Assembly (NCBI GenBank): GCA_038061755.1 | Contig: JBBTYN010000004.1 | Span: 84,373-129,972, forward strand | Origin: Patescibacteria group bacterium | Lineage (GTDB): Bacteria; Patescibacteriota; Minisyncoccia; Phycocordibacterales; UBA9973 | Length of the DNA: 45,600 bases | Direction of reading: 5' to 3' | Part shown: in pieces, positions 18,000 through 28,082 of the stretch | How positions within the stretch are numbered: the first letter of the stretch is position 1 | Layout: every line of letters starts with the position of its first letter | Position numbers and translations under genes: made by a program | Notes under the pieces: model-generated | Told to the model about the DNA's origin: nothing | The model's database searches: none | What the model saw: the letters and a program-made list of their open reading frames with translations, nothing else

Positions 18000-19151
18000 T
18001 TATACAACTACTCCACCACCCAAGCAAATATTACCATCATAAATAACACAAGATTGCCCAGAAGCAACAAGAATAGGCTTAGTGAACATAACTTCTGCCA
18101 TTCTACTACGCTCAGGACCTTTAGCTTTAATTATACATGGTAAAAATTCACCATGATAACGAATCTGCGCAGTATAAGTTTTATTTAATTCTGGAATCTT
18201 ATTAATCCAATTAATGTTTTCTAAATTTATTTTTGACTCAAATTCAACCCCCCTTAATCCCCCCTTATCATAGGGAAACTGCGACACATATAAAATATTT
18301 TTCTTTATATTTTTACCCACTACGTAATAAGCTCCATCTTTTGAGGTCTTTTTTGTAATTGTAAAACCATGTCGCTCTCCTAAGGTATAAAAAACAACGC
18401 CATTATGATAACCGATATCTTCTCCCTTTTCATTTAACACTTTGCCTTTTTTTTCTTTTATATAATGTTTTAAAAATTCTTTTAAATTAACTGCCCCTAA
18501 AAAACAAATACCCTGACTATCTTTTTTTTCTGAGACTGGAAGCTTGAATTTTTTTGCTAATTTCCTTACTTCTGTCTTTTTTAAATGACCAATAGGAAAT
18601 AAAATTTTTCTTAACTGTTCTTGTTTTAATGTCCACAAAAAATAACTTTGATCTTTTAAAGAATCCACACCTTTCGCAAGAAAAAAAGCAGCGCTTTCTT
18701 CGGCCTTCGCAACTAAAGCTCGGTCAACCATGTTCAGGACAGAGTGCGAGCCGTGAGAAAGCGTCTGCTTTTTTTCTGCGTAGTGTCCTGTCGCCACAAA
18801 ATAAGCACCCATTGAAAGAGCTTTCTTGAGAAAGGCACCAAATTTTACCTCTTTATTACACATTACATCTGGATTCGGTGTACGGCCGAGCTTATATTCT
18901 CGAATCATATAATCAGCAACTTCTTTTTTATAAACATCTTCAAAATCAAAAGTAAGAAAAGGAATATCTAAAGTTGCCGCCACACGCATAGCATCAAAGC
19001 GCTCTCCTTCTTCATTACAGACTAAAAAATCTGGATGCCATGTTTTAATAAAAACTCCAACAACTTTATAACCTTGTTTTTTTAGCAGAGCAGCCGAAAC
19101 AGCGCTATCCACCCCACCAGAGAGTCCAATAAAAACAGTTTGCTTTTTCAT
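18000..19151 (-). CDS. mnmA: tRNA 2-thiouridylase MnmA
   Basis: SGGVDS, TPNPDVMCN, ATGHYA, KDQSYFL, DSQGICF, GQS. Confidence 0.97.
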   Translation of the reverse strand: MKKQTVFIGLSGGVDSAVSAALLKKQGYKVVGVFIKTWHPDFLVCNEEGERFDAMRVAATLDIPFLTFDFEDVYKKEVADYMIREYKLGRTPNPDVMCNKEVKFGAFLKKALSMGAYFVATGHYAEKKQTLSHGSHSVLNMVDRALVAKAEESAAFFLAKGVDSLKDQSYFLWTLKQEQLRKILFPIGHLKKTEVRKLAKKFKLPVSEKKDSQGICFLGAVNLKEFLKHYIKEKKGKVLNEKGEDIGYHNGVVFYTLGERHGFTITKKTSKDGAYYVVGKNIKKNILYVSQFPYDKGGLRGVEFESKINLENINWINKIPELNKTYTAQIRYHGEFLPCIIKAKGPERSRMAEVMFTKPILVASGQSCVIYDGNICLGGGVVV

Positions 19152-20086
19152 AAATTTTTTAAATACTTTTTTATATTTGTATTATGCTCTGAAAAAGTTT
19201 TTGCATAATGAACAACACCATCTTTATCATGAAGATAATAAAGATAAGATGAACTTTGTGGGTGAATAGAAGCAACAATAGCCTTTAACCCTGGATTTCC
19301 GATTGGACTTTTTGGTAATCCTTTTATTTTATAAGTTTCAGGCGCCACATCTACTTGAAGTGGCATACCAATCTTAATTCTTTTCCATAAAATTCCAGAA
19401 ATAATTCCCCTATCTATACCACCCTTTGATTCTTTTTCAATAATTGAAGCCATAATTATAATTTCTTTTTCATTTCTGCCTGAAGAAACAACCTCAGAAA
19501 AAAAAGGGGTGAATTTTTTCTCAAAATTGTCACTCATAGATTTTACAACATCTATCTCATTTGCATTATTTAAAAAAAAATAAGTATCCGGAAAAAGATA
19601 TCCTTCTAAAGATTTTGCTTTAACTAAAAATTCAGCCTTATTAAAATTTTCTAATTTTAAAACAAAAGTATCTGCAATTTGATTAATATTAAAACCTTCC
19701 GGAATTGTTACCGTAACAGGCGCAGTGTTATGTTCACCTACAGAAATACGCCTAGCAATTTCAAAAGCAGATAATTTTTTTTCAAACAAATAATTAGCAG
19801 ATATTAGATGATTCTCTCCACCAAAAATTAACACAAAAGATTCAAAAACAAATCTGGATCTTATCATATGCTCTTTTTTAAGTATAGAAGAAACACTCCG
19901 TAAATTCATTCCTTGTTCTATTTGAATAACACTATTAACTGGAAAATCCTCCGGTGCGCTTAAAAATAAAAAGTAAAAAAAAGTAAAAAATATAACTACA
20001 AAAAACACATAAAAAATATTTTTTTGTAATTTACTTATCCTGAACATCGGATGTCCAAGTTCGTTGTTTTTTATTTCGTCTTCCAT
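19148..20086 (-). CDS. mltG: endolytic transglycosylase MltG
   Basis: TM anchor, VTIPEG, LEGYLFPDTY, MASIIEKE, GLPKSPIGNPG. Confidence 0.93.
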   Translation of the reverse strand: MEDEIKNNELGHPMFRISKLQKNIFYVFFVVIFFTFFYFLFLSAPEDFPVNSVIQIEQGMNLRSVSSILKKEHMIRSRFVFESFVLIFGGENHLISANYLFEKKLSAFEIARRISVGEHNTAPVTVTIPEGFNINQIADTFVLKLENFNKAEFLVKAKSLEGYLFPDTYFFLNNANEIDVVKSMSDNFEKKFTPFFSEVVSSGRNEKEIIIMASIIEKESKGGIDRGIISGILWKRIKIGMPLQVDVAPETYKIKGLPKSPIGNPGLKAIVASIHPQSSSYLYYLHDKDGVVHYAKTFSEHNTNIKKYLKNL

Positions 20087-20089
20087 ATT

Positions 20090-21466
20090 TTATATCGGCA
20101 AATTTGTAGGAGGAGAAGCTTCTTTAGATTCAATACGTTCAAGAGTAGGAACTTTCAAGATCTGGCCTGGGAAGTGCCAGATGGTTGCAAGTTCTTCAAC
20201 ATTTAAAACAAAAATGTGATGATGAGCATATGCTTTAATTATAGAATCAAAAGGCCAACGCCAAACATGCTTGGAAAAAAGATGATGTCGAAGTGGTAAA
20301 TGAAAAAAAGCACGTTCACGATATTCATGAAGCATGCGGTTTGCCAACATCATCACTGTTTTTGGAGAAGCAGTGAATATACCGCTATAAAAATCTCCCT
20401 GGGCTGAATTTATACGCCAAAATTGATTACAATCAGGCCTAGCGTATTGACGAAAAATGAGACGAATATTTCTTGAATTATTAGTCCTTGTACCAGGCGG
20501 ATATACTTCTTTTTTGGCTACATACATCACTCGAATACCGGTATCAAAACCTATTTTTGAAGTTTTCGCAGACATCGCAGTGACCACATTTTTATAAATA
20601 TCAGGAGTACGAATTTCTATTCTTGCTCCATCATCTTTGAGAGCGGTAAAAGGCTTTAATATCTTAAAAATTTCTTTTTTAGCTTCCGCCACCCAATCAT
20701 GCTTACCAAAATAAGTTCCTTTTGTATGATATGTTTTTTTGGAAGGTGTAATAACAATCTGTACCCACGCCTGTTCTCCTTTTTTGATTGAACCAAAAAA
20801 CTCTATAATTGGAGCAATGGGGTCAACTTTAAATTCTTCTTTTGGGTCTTTGTCTAATCCAAAATCAATATATGTTTTAATTGGATAAGCTTCGGGTTTA
20901 AAAAGTTTAAATTCACATCCCCAAGCATTCCAATCACTCTCCGGAGTAATTGCATCAACTGCTAATGTATAGTCTTCAACCACTTTTACTTGAGCCTGAG
21001 GATATTGCGCATACATTTGTGTCTCAATAAGATCCTTGATACGCGTCGGTGTCCGTATATAAAAATGCACTTGTCCTTCAATAGAAACAATCTCTAAAGA
21101 AAACCAAAACCAAACTGCTCCCTGCCACCACTCTTCCTTTCCTCCTTTCATACTCCAATGATAAAGAGCATTGGTAAAAAAAAGTTCCATCGCTTTTGGA
21201 CTTCGTAACACCTCGCGCGGAGGAACTATTTCAAGCAAGACAAAATCTATTCCAGAAATAAAATCTTGCCTGATATAATGAAGCCAAAGTTTCCAAGCCA
21301 GCCAGCCTAAAAATATTGTCCCAGCCAAAGCTAAAACTCCTATTTCTGCATTATATTTCCAAACAAAATAACCCAGAATTATAACTACAATCCCAAGCCA
21401 AAATTCTTTTATAAAATTAAAAATAGATTCCTCAAATCCTTTTTTAGGACTTTCCTTTCCAGCCAT
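20090..21466 (-). CDS. conserved CPR-type membrane protein, similar to domains found with VirD4-like ATPases
   Basis: Two TM helices; FSLEIVS, YAQYP, YPIKTY, LNVEELATIWHFP, PPTNLP. Confidence 0.6.
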   Translation of the reverse strand: MAGKESPKKGFEESIFNFIKEFWLGIVVIILGYFVWKYNAEIGVLALAGTIFLGWLAWKLWLHYIRQDFISGIDFVLLEIVPPREVLRSPKAMELFFTNALYHWSMKGGKEEWWQGAVWFWFSLEIVSIEGQVHFYIRTPTRIKDLIETQMYAQYPQAQVKVVEDYTLAVDAITPESDWNAWGCEFKLFKPEAYPIKTYIDFGLDKDPKEEFKVDPIAPIIEFFGSIKKGEQAWVQIVITPSKKTYHTKGTYFGKHDWVAEAKKEIFKILKPFTALKDDGARIEIRTPDIYKNVVTAMSAKTSKIGFDTGIRVMYVAKKEVYPPGTRTNNSRNIRLIFRQYARPDCNQFWRINSAQGDFYSGIFTASPKTVMMLANRMLHEYRERAFFHLPLRHHLFSKHVWRWPFDSIIKAYAHHHIFVLNVEELATIWHFPGQILKVPTLERIESKEASPPTNLPI

Positions 21467-21484
21467 ACCTATATTTTAGTATGT

Positions 21485-22516
21485 TTACGCTATAGTGTAA
21501 AGTCCGTTTTTGTTTTTCTTGAAATATTTTGTATTAGCAAGATTCACTAAAATAGTATTTTTTTTGAAATACCTCTCTTTCATCACTCTTTTGACAACTT
21601 CATCTTTTGACAATGGTTCTCCTTCTTTTTTGAGAATATCTTGAATAACTTCACGAGCGATACCTGCTTTATATCCCCATTCAGCAAGAGCATACATTCC
21701 CCTACCTACTAGAATAAAACGAGAATCTTTAATAAGCTCATTGTGACAAGTTGCATAATGTATTTTCTTGCTAAAAGTTTTAGAAATAGAATCTGCCACT
21801 TCTTTAAAGTGCATAGGTGAACCATGGCGTCTCATTACCAAAAAAGCATAATCTTTAACTCCACGAGTGCGAATATTTGGCGAAGAAGCCTTGCCCCATT
21901 CCCCTAATTCATTTTTTGAAATAGTTTTAGAAATAGAGAGCCATCTTTTAGCCATCTCTTCATTTTTATACTCTTCAGAGACATCTTTCATTTGATCAAA
22001 AAACTTCTTAATCATTTCCGTTTCCGGAATAAGGTCTTCATCTCTTAGACTCGCGTAAAGTTTTCGAAGAGCTTCATGAACCTTATCAGCCATAGCATCA
22101 TCTACGCTATATCGAGTATGAAAATGCTCATCTTCGCGATGTTTTTTAAAAACATCAGCCAACACTAAAAAAAAATTAATATGATTTTGAGTACTTTTAT
22201 CTTTAGAAATAAAAGGTAAAAATTCATGTTCAGCAACAATTGACCCTAAATTATGCACTATTTGTTTTAATTCATCAAAAATAGCTTGCTCATTTTTATA
22301 AGCACCAGACTTTTTAATAAGATTAATAGCCGCCTCTTCAACCTGACGAACGCGTTCTCTTGTAATTTTATATTTTTTCCCAATCTCTTCGAGAGTCTTT
22401 TTCTCCCCATCAGCAGTCAAACCAAAACGATTCATTATGACGTCTAGGGTACGACTAGGTAAATGTAAAGTTATTTTTTTAGTTATTTTTTGAGGTTTGA
22501 AAGTTATTGTTGACAT
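21485..22516 (-). CDS. sigma70 region-4-like HTH plus C-terminal HARE-HTH DNA-binding protein
   Basis: RFGL...TLEEIG...ITRERVRQ; PMHF...HNELIKD.RFILVGRGMYALAEWG. Confidence 0.8.
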   Translation of the reverse strand: MSTITFKPQKITKKITLHLPSRTLDVIMNRFGLTADGEKKTLEEIGKKYKITRERVRQVEEAAINLIKKSGAYKNEQAIFDELKQIVHNLGSIVAEHEFLPFISKDKSTQNHINFFLVLADVFKKHREDEHFHTRYSVDDAMADKVHEALRKLYASLRDEDLIPETEMIKKFFDQMKDVSEEYKNEEMAKRWLSISKTISKNELGEWGKASSPNIRTRGVKDYAFLVMRRHGSPMHFKEVADSISKTFSKKIHYATCHNELIKDSRFILVGRGMYALAEWGYKAGIAREVIQDILKKEGEPLSKDEVVKRVMKERYFKKNTILVNLANTKYFKKNKNGLYTIA

Positions 22517-22524
22517 ATATTATT

Positions 22525-24327
22525 TTATCTTTTTGCTTTAACTCGATCTAGCTCAGTTAAAAATCTTTTGCGAAGTCTAACAGATTTTGGTGTAATTTCC
22601 AGATACTCATCCCCATTCATAACTTCAAGACCACGTTCAATACTCAACGTAAAAACAGGATTTAAGGTTATCGCTTCATCAGTTCCAGAAGCTCGCATAT
22701 TAGTAAGCTGTTTTCCTTTTGTAGGATTAACAGACATTTCGTCTCCTTTCAAAACATTACCAACCACCATCCCTTCATAAACATCAGTACCGTGATCTAC
22801 ATACAGTATACCACGTTCTTGTAAGTTTGCAAGAGAAAAAGCCACCGCTTTCCCAGAGACCATTGAAGCCATAGAACCGTACTCCCTCTTTTTTATTTCT
22901 CCAGCATATTCTCTAAATCCAGTAACTCTTGAACTCATTATTCCCTCTCCTTTTGTATCTATAATAAATTCACTACGATATCCTAAAAGTCCACGTGTTG
23001 GTATATCAAAAATAACCCTAGCAATACCTTCCTTTTCCACCATATCTTTCATAATTCCACGTCTTTTACCAATTTTTTCAATAACACTTCCAGAAAATTC
23101 CATTGGAACATCAATTACCAATTCTTCATATGGTTCTGTTTTTACCCCATCATGCTCTTTAATGATAACTTCTGGCTGAGAAACTTGCATTTCAAAACCT
23201 TCTCTACGCATATTTTCAAGCAGTATTGCAATATGAAGTTCTCCCCTGCCATACACTTTAAAAAAAGAAGGACCTATTTTGTCTCCCTGATCTGGAGAAA
23301 AATCAACTTTAAGTCCAACATTGATTTCTAATTCTTTTTCTAATCTCTCTTGGATTTGTCTTGATGTAACAAATTTACCTTCAAGCCCAGCAAAAGGAGA
23401 ATCATTCACTAAAAAATTAAGAGAAAGGGTTGGTTCATCAATAGCAATATGAGGCAATGGCTCTGCATTTTCATCTTCACATATTGTTTCTCCAATATAA
23501 ATATCTGGAATTCCAGCCAAAAGAACAATATCACCTGAAGTTGCAGAATCTGTTTCTTTTCTATTTATACCCTCAAATACAAAAAGTTTTGTAATCTTTC
23601 CTTTTCGTGTTCCATTTTCTCCCTTAACAAAAACCTGACTACCAGAAACTATTTTCCCAGAATAAATCCTAGCTACTGCCATTCTGCCCAAAAAATTATC
23701 ATAACCCAAATTAAAAACCTGCGCGGACATTTTGAGGTCAGCGGACCCTCCAGAGGCGGGCAAGACTTTTTCTAAAATTAGATCTAATAAAGGAGAAAGA
23801 TCTGCTGACTCATCATTTAAATGTCTAAAGGCTTTGCCTTGTCGTCCAATTGCATAAATTGTTTCAAAATTTGCCTGCTCTTCATTTGCGCCTAATTCAA
23901 AAAAAAGCTCCAAAATTTCCTCATGCACCCTATGTGGATCAGCTGCCGGCTTGTCTATTTTATTTATGACCACTATTGGCTTTAAACCTAATTCCAAAGA
24001 TTTTTTCAAAACAAATCTAGTCTGTGGCATTGGGCCTTCTACTGCATCAACCAACAACAACACAGAATCAATTGCGCGCAAAACACGTTCTACTTCTGAA
24101 CCAAAATCCGCATGTCCAGGAGTATCTACGATATTTATTTTCGTATCTTTGTAGTAAATAGAAGTATTTTTAGAATAAATCGTAATACCACGCTCTTTTT
24201 CTAGATCGTTTGAATCCATAGATACTCCCTCGTCTTGGAGACCTCCATTTTGCTTCATCAATGCATCGGTCAAGGTAGTCTTGCCATGATCCACGTGAGC
24301 TATTATTGCTATATTTCTAATTTCCAT
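22525..24327 (-). CDS. typA: translational GTPase TypA/BipA
   Basis: [45 protein letters not shown]. Confidence 0.98.
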   Translation of the reverse strand: MEIRNIAIIAHVDHGKTTLTDALMKQNGGLQDEGVSMDSNDLEKERGITIYSKNTSIYYKDTKINIVDTPGHADFGSEVERVLRAIDSVLLLVDAVEGPMPQTRFVLKKSLELGLKPIVVINKIDKPAADPHRVHEEILELFFELGANEEQANFETIYAIGRQGKAFRHLNDESADLSPLLDLILEKVLPASGGSADLKMSAQVFNLGYDNFLGRMAVARIYSGKIVSGSQVFVKGENGTRKGKITKLFVFEGINRKETDSATSGDIVLLAGIPDIYIGETICEDENAEPLPHIAIDEPTLSLNFLVNDSPFAGLEGKFVTSRQIQERLEKELEINVGLKVDFSPDQGDKIGPSFFKVYGRGELHIAILLENMRREGFEMQVSQPEVIIKEHDGVKTEPYEELVIDVPMEFSGSVIEKIGKRRGIMKDMVEKEGIARVIFDIPTRGLLGYRSEFIIDTKGEGIMSSRVTGFREYAGEIKKREYGSMASMVSGKAVAFSLANLQERGILYVDHGTDVYEGMVVGNVLKGDEMSVNPTKGKQLTNMRASGTDEAITLNPVFTLSIERGLEVMNGDEYLEITPKSVRLRKRFLTELDRVKAKR

Positions 24328-24490
24328 GTTTTTTATTTTTATATTAACGCCTGCCTACCGGTAGATAGGAAACAAAAAAGCCCTAAGGCCTTTTTAAAAT
24401 ATATCTTATAATAACATAACTTTTTATAAACAACAAGTTTAAAAAACTAAAGGATGCAAAAAATGTTATTTTATGTTACTTTATATACAC

Positions 24491-24573
24491 GCGTCGGTGG
24501 TAGAGCGGTCAAATACTAGGGACTGTAAATCCCTCGCCTTCGGGCTACGAAGGTTCGAATCCTTCCCGACGCA
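24491..24573 (+). tRNA. tRNA-Tyr(GTA)
   Basis: Acceptor GCGTCGG/CCGACGC, anticodon arm AGGGA-CTGTAAA-TCCCT, long variable arm, GTTCGAATC; CCA not encoded. Confidence 0.97.
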
Positions 24574-24581
24574 CAAAAAAC

Positions 24582-27296
24582 CTAAACCGTAGATCTCGCT
24601 CTCACTCGAAATGAACTTTTGATTTTACTTGCCCGTCCTTTAGCGTGGTCTTTCTTAGTTTCTACAATAATTTCATTATTCTTTTCAGAAACAAAAACCG
24701 TGTCCCCTTTGGAAACTTTGTTTGAAATAATATAAGACGCAACTGAATTTAAAATCTTATTTTGAATTAAACGGTTCAGCGGTCTCGCCCCATAGTGTGG
24801 ATCGTAACCTTCTTTTGCTAAGTAAGAAAGCGCTCCATCAGAAATTTCAAAATTTATTCCTTTAGCTTTCAACCGATCAACTACAACTATAATTCGTAAA
24901 TTAACTATTTCCCTTAGAGCAGTTTCCGACAAAACATCAAAAACAATAATTTCATCCAAGCGATTCAAAAATTCTGGACGAAAATTATCTTTTAACGCTT
25001 CCGTAACTTTTTCTTTCATACTGCCATAATCTTGTTTTTGAGAATTATTAGAAAATCCGATTGATTCCATTTTCTCCACAAATTGCGAGCCAATATTAGA
25101 AGTCAAAATTATAATAGTATTTTTAAAATTAACCACTCTTCCTTTGCCATCAGTCAATCTTCCTTCATCAATAACTTGCAAAAGCATATTGAAAACTTCT
25201 GGATGAGCTTTTTCAATTTCATCAAAAAGTATCACCGCATATGGACGATGTCGGACAGCTTCTGTCAATTGACCAGCTTCTTCATAGCCGACATATCCCG
25301 GAGGAGAACCAATCAACTTAGACATAGAATGTCTCTCTGTATATTCAGACATATCTACACGAATAATTGCATTATCATCATTAAACATAAATTGCCCAAG
25401 CGCTTTAGTAAGTTCTGTTTTGCCGACACCTGATGGACCTAGAAAAATAAAAGAACCTATTGGCCTATTTGGATCACCTATGCCAGCGCGAGAACGACGA
25501 ATAACATCAGCCACACGCCCGATAGCAACGTCTTGACCCACAACTCTCTTTTTTAATTCAGCTTCCATTTTTTCAAGTTTTTCACGTTCTTCTTCAAGCA
25601 TCTTAGTAAGCGGTATGCCAGTCCAGCGAGCGACCACTTCGGCAATATCTTCCGCAGTAATTTCTTCTTTCAAAATTCTGCGTGATTTTTGCAATTTCTT
25701 TAATCGCGCAAGTTTTATATCAAGTTCTTTTCGAAACATGGGTATTTTTCCATAACGTAATTCAGCAGCCCGAGTAAGGTCAGCTTTCATTTCCGCATCT
25801 TCTGCCTCCAAACGAACACTTTCAAGATTTTTCTTGATATCTCGAATTTCTAATACAATTGACTTTTCATTTTGCCATTTTAATTCCAACTCTTTTGTCT
25901 TCTCGGACAAATTACCTATTTCTTTATCTATTTCTTTAATTCTATTTTTTATTTCTTTTTGTTTATCTTTTTGCTCGAGAGCAGAAGAGCCGATTTCTTT
26001 TTTAAGCGCTTCTTTTTCAATTTCTAAACGCATTGTTTTTTTATTTGCATCTTCTAAAATCGGTGGCTTGTTTTCAAGCATTATCTTAAGCGAGGAAGAA
26101 GCTTCATCAATTAAATCCACAGCTTTATCTGGTAAAAATCTATTAGTAATATAACGAGAAGAAAAATTTACCGCTGCCACTATGGCATCATCAGTAATTC
26201 GTATGCCATGAAAAAGTTCATATCTTTCTTTAAGCCCGCGAAGAATTGCAATTGCATCTTCTGTGCTAGGTTCATCAATATAAACAGGCTGGAAGCGACG
26301 CGCTAAAGCAGGATCTTTTTCAATATGTTTTTGATATTCTCGCAAGGTCGTCGCCCCAATGGCTCGAAGTTCGCCACGTGAAAGCGCAGGTTTTAACATA
26401 TTTGAAGCATCCATTGTACCTTCAGCCCCACCTGCGCCCACAATTGTGTGAATCTCATCAATAAAAAGAATTATTTTTCCAGCAGATCGTTCAATCTCTT
26501 TCATAATGCCCTTTAGTCTCTCCTCAAATTCTCCACGATATTTTGTACCAGCTACAAGCATTCCTAAATCAAGAGAAACGACTTCTTTATCTTTTAAAGA
26601 TTCCGGAACATTATTTTTTGCAATCAACTGAGCGAGCCCCTCCACGACAGCAGTTTTGCCAGTCCCCGCTTCCCCTATCAAGATAGGATTATTTTTTGTT
26701 CGGCGAGAAAGTATCTGCATTATACGGGTAATTTCATTATCCCGACCAATAACTGGATCCAGTTTATCTTCTTTGGCAAGTTTAGTTAAATTACGAGTGT
26801 ATTTTATTAACAATTTAAATTTCTTTGGTTCGGAAACATCTGTAATATTTTGACTGCGAAGTTCCTCCAAAACTTTCAGCACTTGATCTTTGTGAATGCG
26901 AAATCGCGCCAAAATCTCGCGCGCTTCACTCGTAACTTCAAGAATTGCGATAAAAAGATGCTCTGTCGAAACAAAGTCATCTTTCATAAATTCTGCCAAT
27001 TTAGCCGACTGTTCGATAACTTGCGCCAAGTCAGGATTAAGATAAATCTGATACGAAGGTGAAATAGTACTGCGTGTTTCTGGCAATTCAATTAACTCTA
27101 AAACAGAATCGGTTAAAAGCATTGTATCGATTTCCAATTTATCTAAAATAGAATTTACCATAGATTCATCTTGTAGTAAAAGCGCGCCGAGCAAATGAAG
27201 TGAAGAAACGTGGTTCATCCCACGTTCAATAGCCAGCTCATGGGCTTTTTTAATGGCATCTTTAGCTTTAGTTGTAAATTTATTTAATGGTGGCAT
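24582..27296 (-). CDS. clpB: Hsp100 AAA+ chaperone, ClpB-like
   Basis: Clp N domain, Walker A motifs GEAGTGKT and GPSGVGKT, long middle coiled coil (AAELRYG), DMSEY, GARPL. Confidence 0.9.
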   Translation of the reverse strand: MPPLNKFTTKAKDAIKKAHELAIERGMNHVSSLHLLGALLLQDESMVNSILDKLEIDTMLLTDSVLELIELPETRSTISPSYQIYLNPDLAQVIEQSAKLAEFMKDDFVSTEHLFIAILEVTSEAREILARFRIHKDQVLKVLEELRSQNITDVSEPKKFKLLIKYTRNLTKLAKEDKLDPVIGRDNEITRIMQILSRRTKNNPILIGEAGTGKTAVVEGLAQLIAKNNVPESLKDKEVVSLDLGMLVAGTKYRGEFEERLKGIMKEIERSAGKIILFIDEIHTIVGAGGAEGTMDASNMLKPALSRGELRAIGATTLREYQKHIEKDPALARRFQPVYIDEPSTEDAIAILRGLKERYELFHGIRITDDAIVAAVNFSSRYITNRFLPDKAVDLIDEASSSLKIMLENKPPILEDANKKTMRLEIEKEALKKEIGSSALEQKDKQKEIKNRIKEIDKEIGNLSEKTKELELKWQNEKSIVLEIRDIKKNLESVRLEAEDAEMKADLTRAAELRYGKIPMFRKELDIKLARLKKLQKSRRILKEEITAEDIAEVVARWTGIPLTKMLEEEREKLEKMEAELKKRVVGQDVAIGRVADVIRRSRAGIGDPNRPIGSFIFLGPSGVGKTELTKALGQFMFNDDNAIIRVDMSEYTERHSMSKLIGSPPGYVGYEEAGQLTEAVRHRPYAVILFDEIEKAHPEVFNMLLQVIDEGRLTDGKGRVVNFKNTIIILTSNIGSQFVEKMESIGFSNNSQKQDYGSMKEKVTEALKDNFRPEFLNRLDEIIVFDVLSETALREIVNLRIIVVVDRLKAKGINFEISDGALSYLAKEGYDPHYGARPLNRLIQNKILNSVASYIISNKVSKGDTVFVSEKNNEIIVETKKDHAKGRASKIKSSFRVRARSTV

Positions 27297-27305
27297 ATAA
27301 ATTTT

Positions 27306-28079
27306 TTAGAGTGTTTTAGGTACTGTTATATCTACTGGTTTTAAGACATCATTAATAGTTTTGATTGAAGTAAAATTTGTCACATCACTAAAAAGAGCGA
27401 TACCAAGAGCTTCTCCGTCTAAATTCAGAACCAATCCCCCAGCATTTGATTTTGTAACACTAATATCAACATTTTTATTTCCTTCATAAATAGAAGAGGA
27501 GATGCTGTTGCCTAAAACTAAAACTTTCTGCCCTATTTTCATTTTATCTAAATCTCCGAAAACTGGTACTGTAAAAGCTATTTTATTTTTCTCATCAAGC
27601 GGAGATCCAATTTTTAGAAAAGAAAATCCAGATTTATCAGTAGAAATAAAATCTGCTTTGAATTTTCCACTGTTATTTTTTACATAATAAACTCCTTTAA
27701 CAGGAACAAGTGTCGCATCAGTAACAATAATCCCATCAGTGGAAACTGCAAATCCTCGTCCAGCTGAAACTTCAGCAGCTTGAAAGTTTGCATCTTGTCC
27801 TTCTTTGGTTATAGAAAATACAGCTGATTGATTTTTCGCAATCGCATCCACGACTAAATCTTCTTCTTTAACAACTACTGTTTGTGTGATTGTCTTCCCT
27901 TCCACTTGCTGAATTTTCTCAATAGTTTGCTGAACAATGCGATTGACAGGCGCAGTAAAAGACGCTGGCGCTTGTTGCATCAAAGTCACAGTTGTTATGC
28001 CTGTAGCAATAGAAGTAACAAAGCTAAGTAATATAGCCAATAATATAAGTTGCGTCTTGTTTAATTCTTTAATATCCAT
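27306..28079 (-). CDS. membrane-anchored trypsin/HtrA-fold protein, probably catalytically inactive
   Basis: GRGFAVSTDGIIVT, MKIGQKVLVLG, SNAGGLVLNLDGEALGI. Confidence 0.75.
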   Translation of the reverse strand: MDIKELNKTQLILLAILLSFVTSIATGITTVTLMQQAPASFTAPVNRIVQQTIEKIQQVEGKTITQTVVVKEEDLVVDAIAKNQSAVFSITKEGQDANFQAAEVSAGRGFAVSTDGIIVTDATLVPVKGVYYVKNNSGKFKADFISTDKSGFSFLKIGSPLDEKNKIAFTVPVFGDLDKMKIGQKVLVLGNSISSSIYEGNKNVDISVTKSNAGGLVLNLDGEALGIALFSDVTNFTSIKTINDVLKPVDITVPKTL

Positions 28080-28082
28080 GCT

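Noticed and set aside
23746-23760. CCCTCC-AGA-GGCGGG (PASGG) in typA as a repeat insertion
   Set aside because: Imperfect and short, with no evident length increase in the protein.
24491-24573. tRNA-Tyr as an integration site
   Set aside because: No integrase or 3' duplicate seen; the flanking genes are core (typA, clpB).
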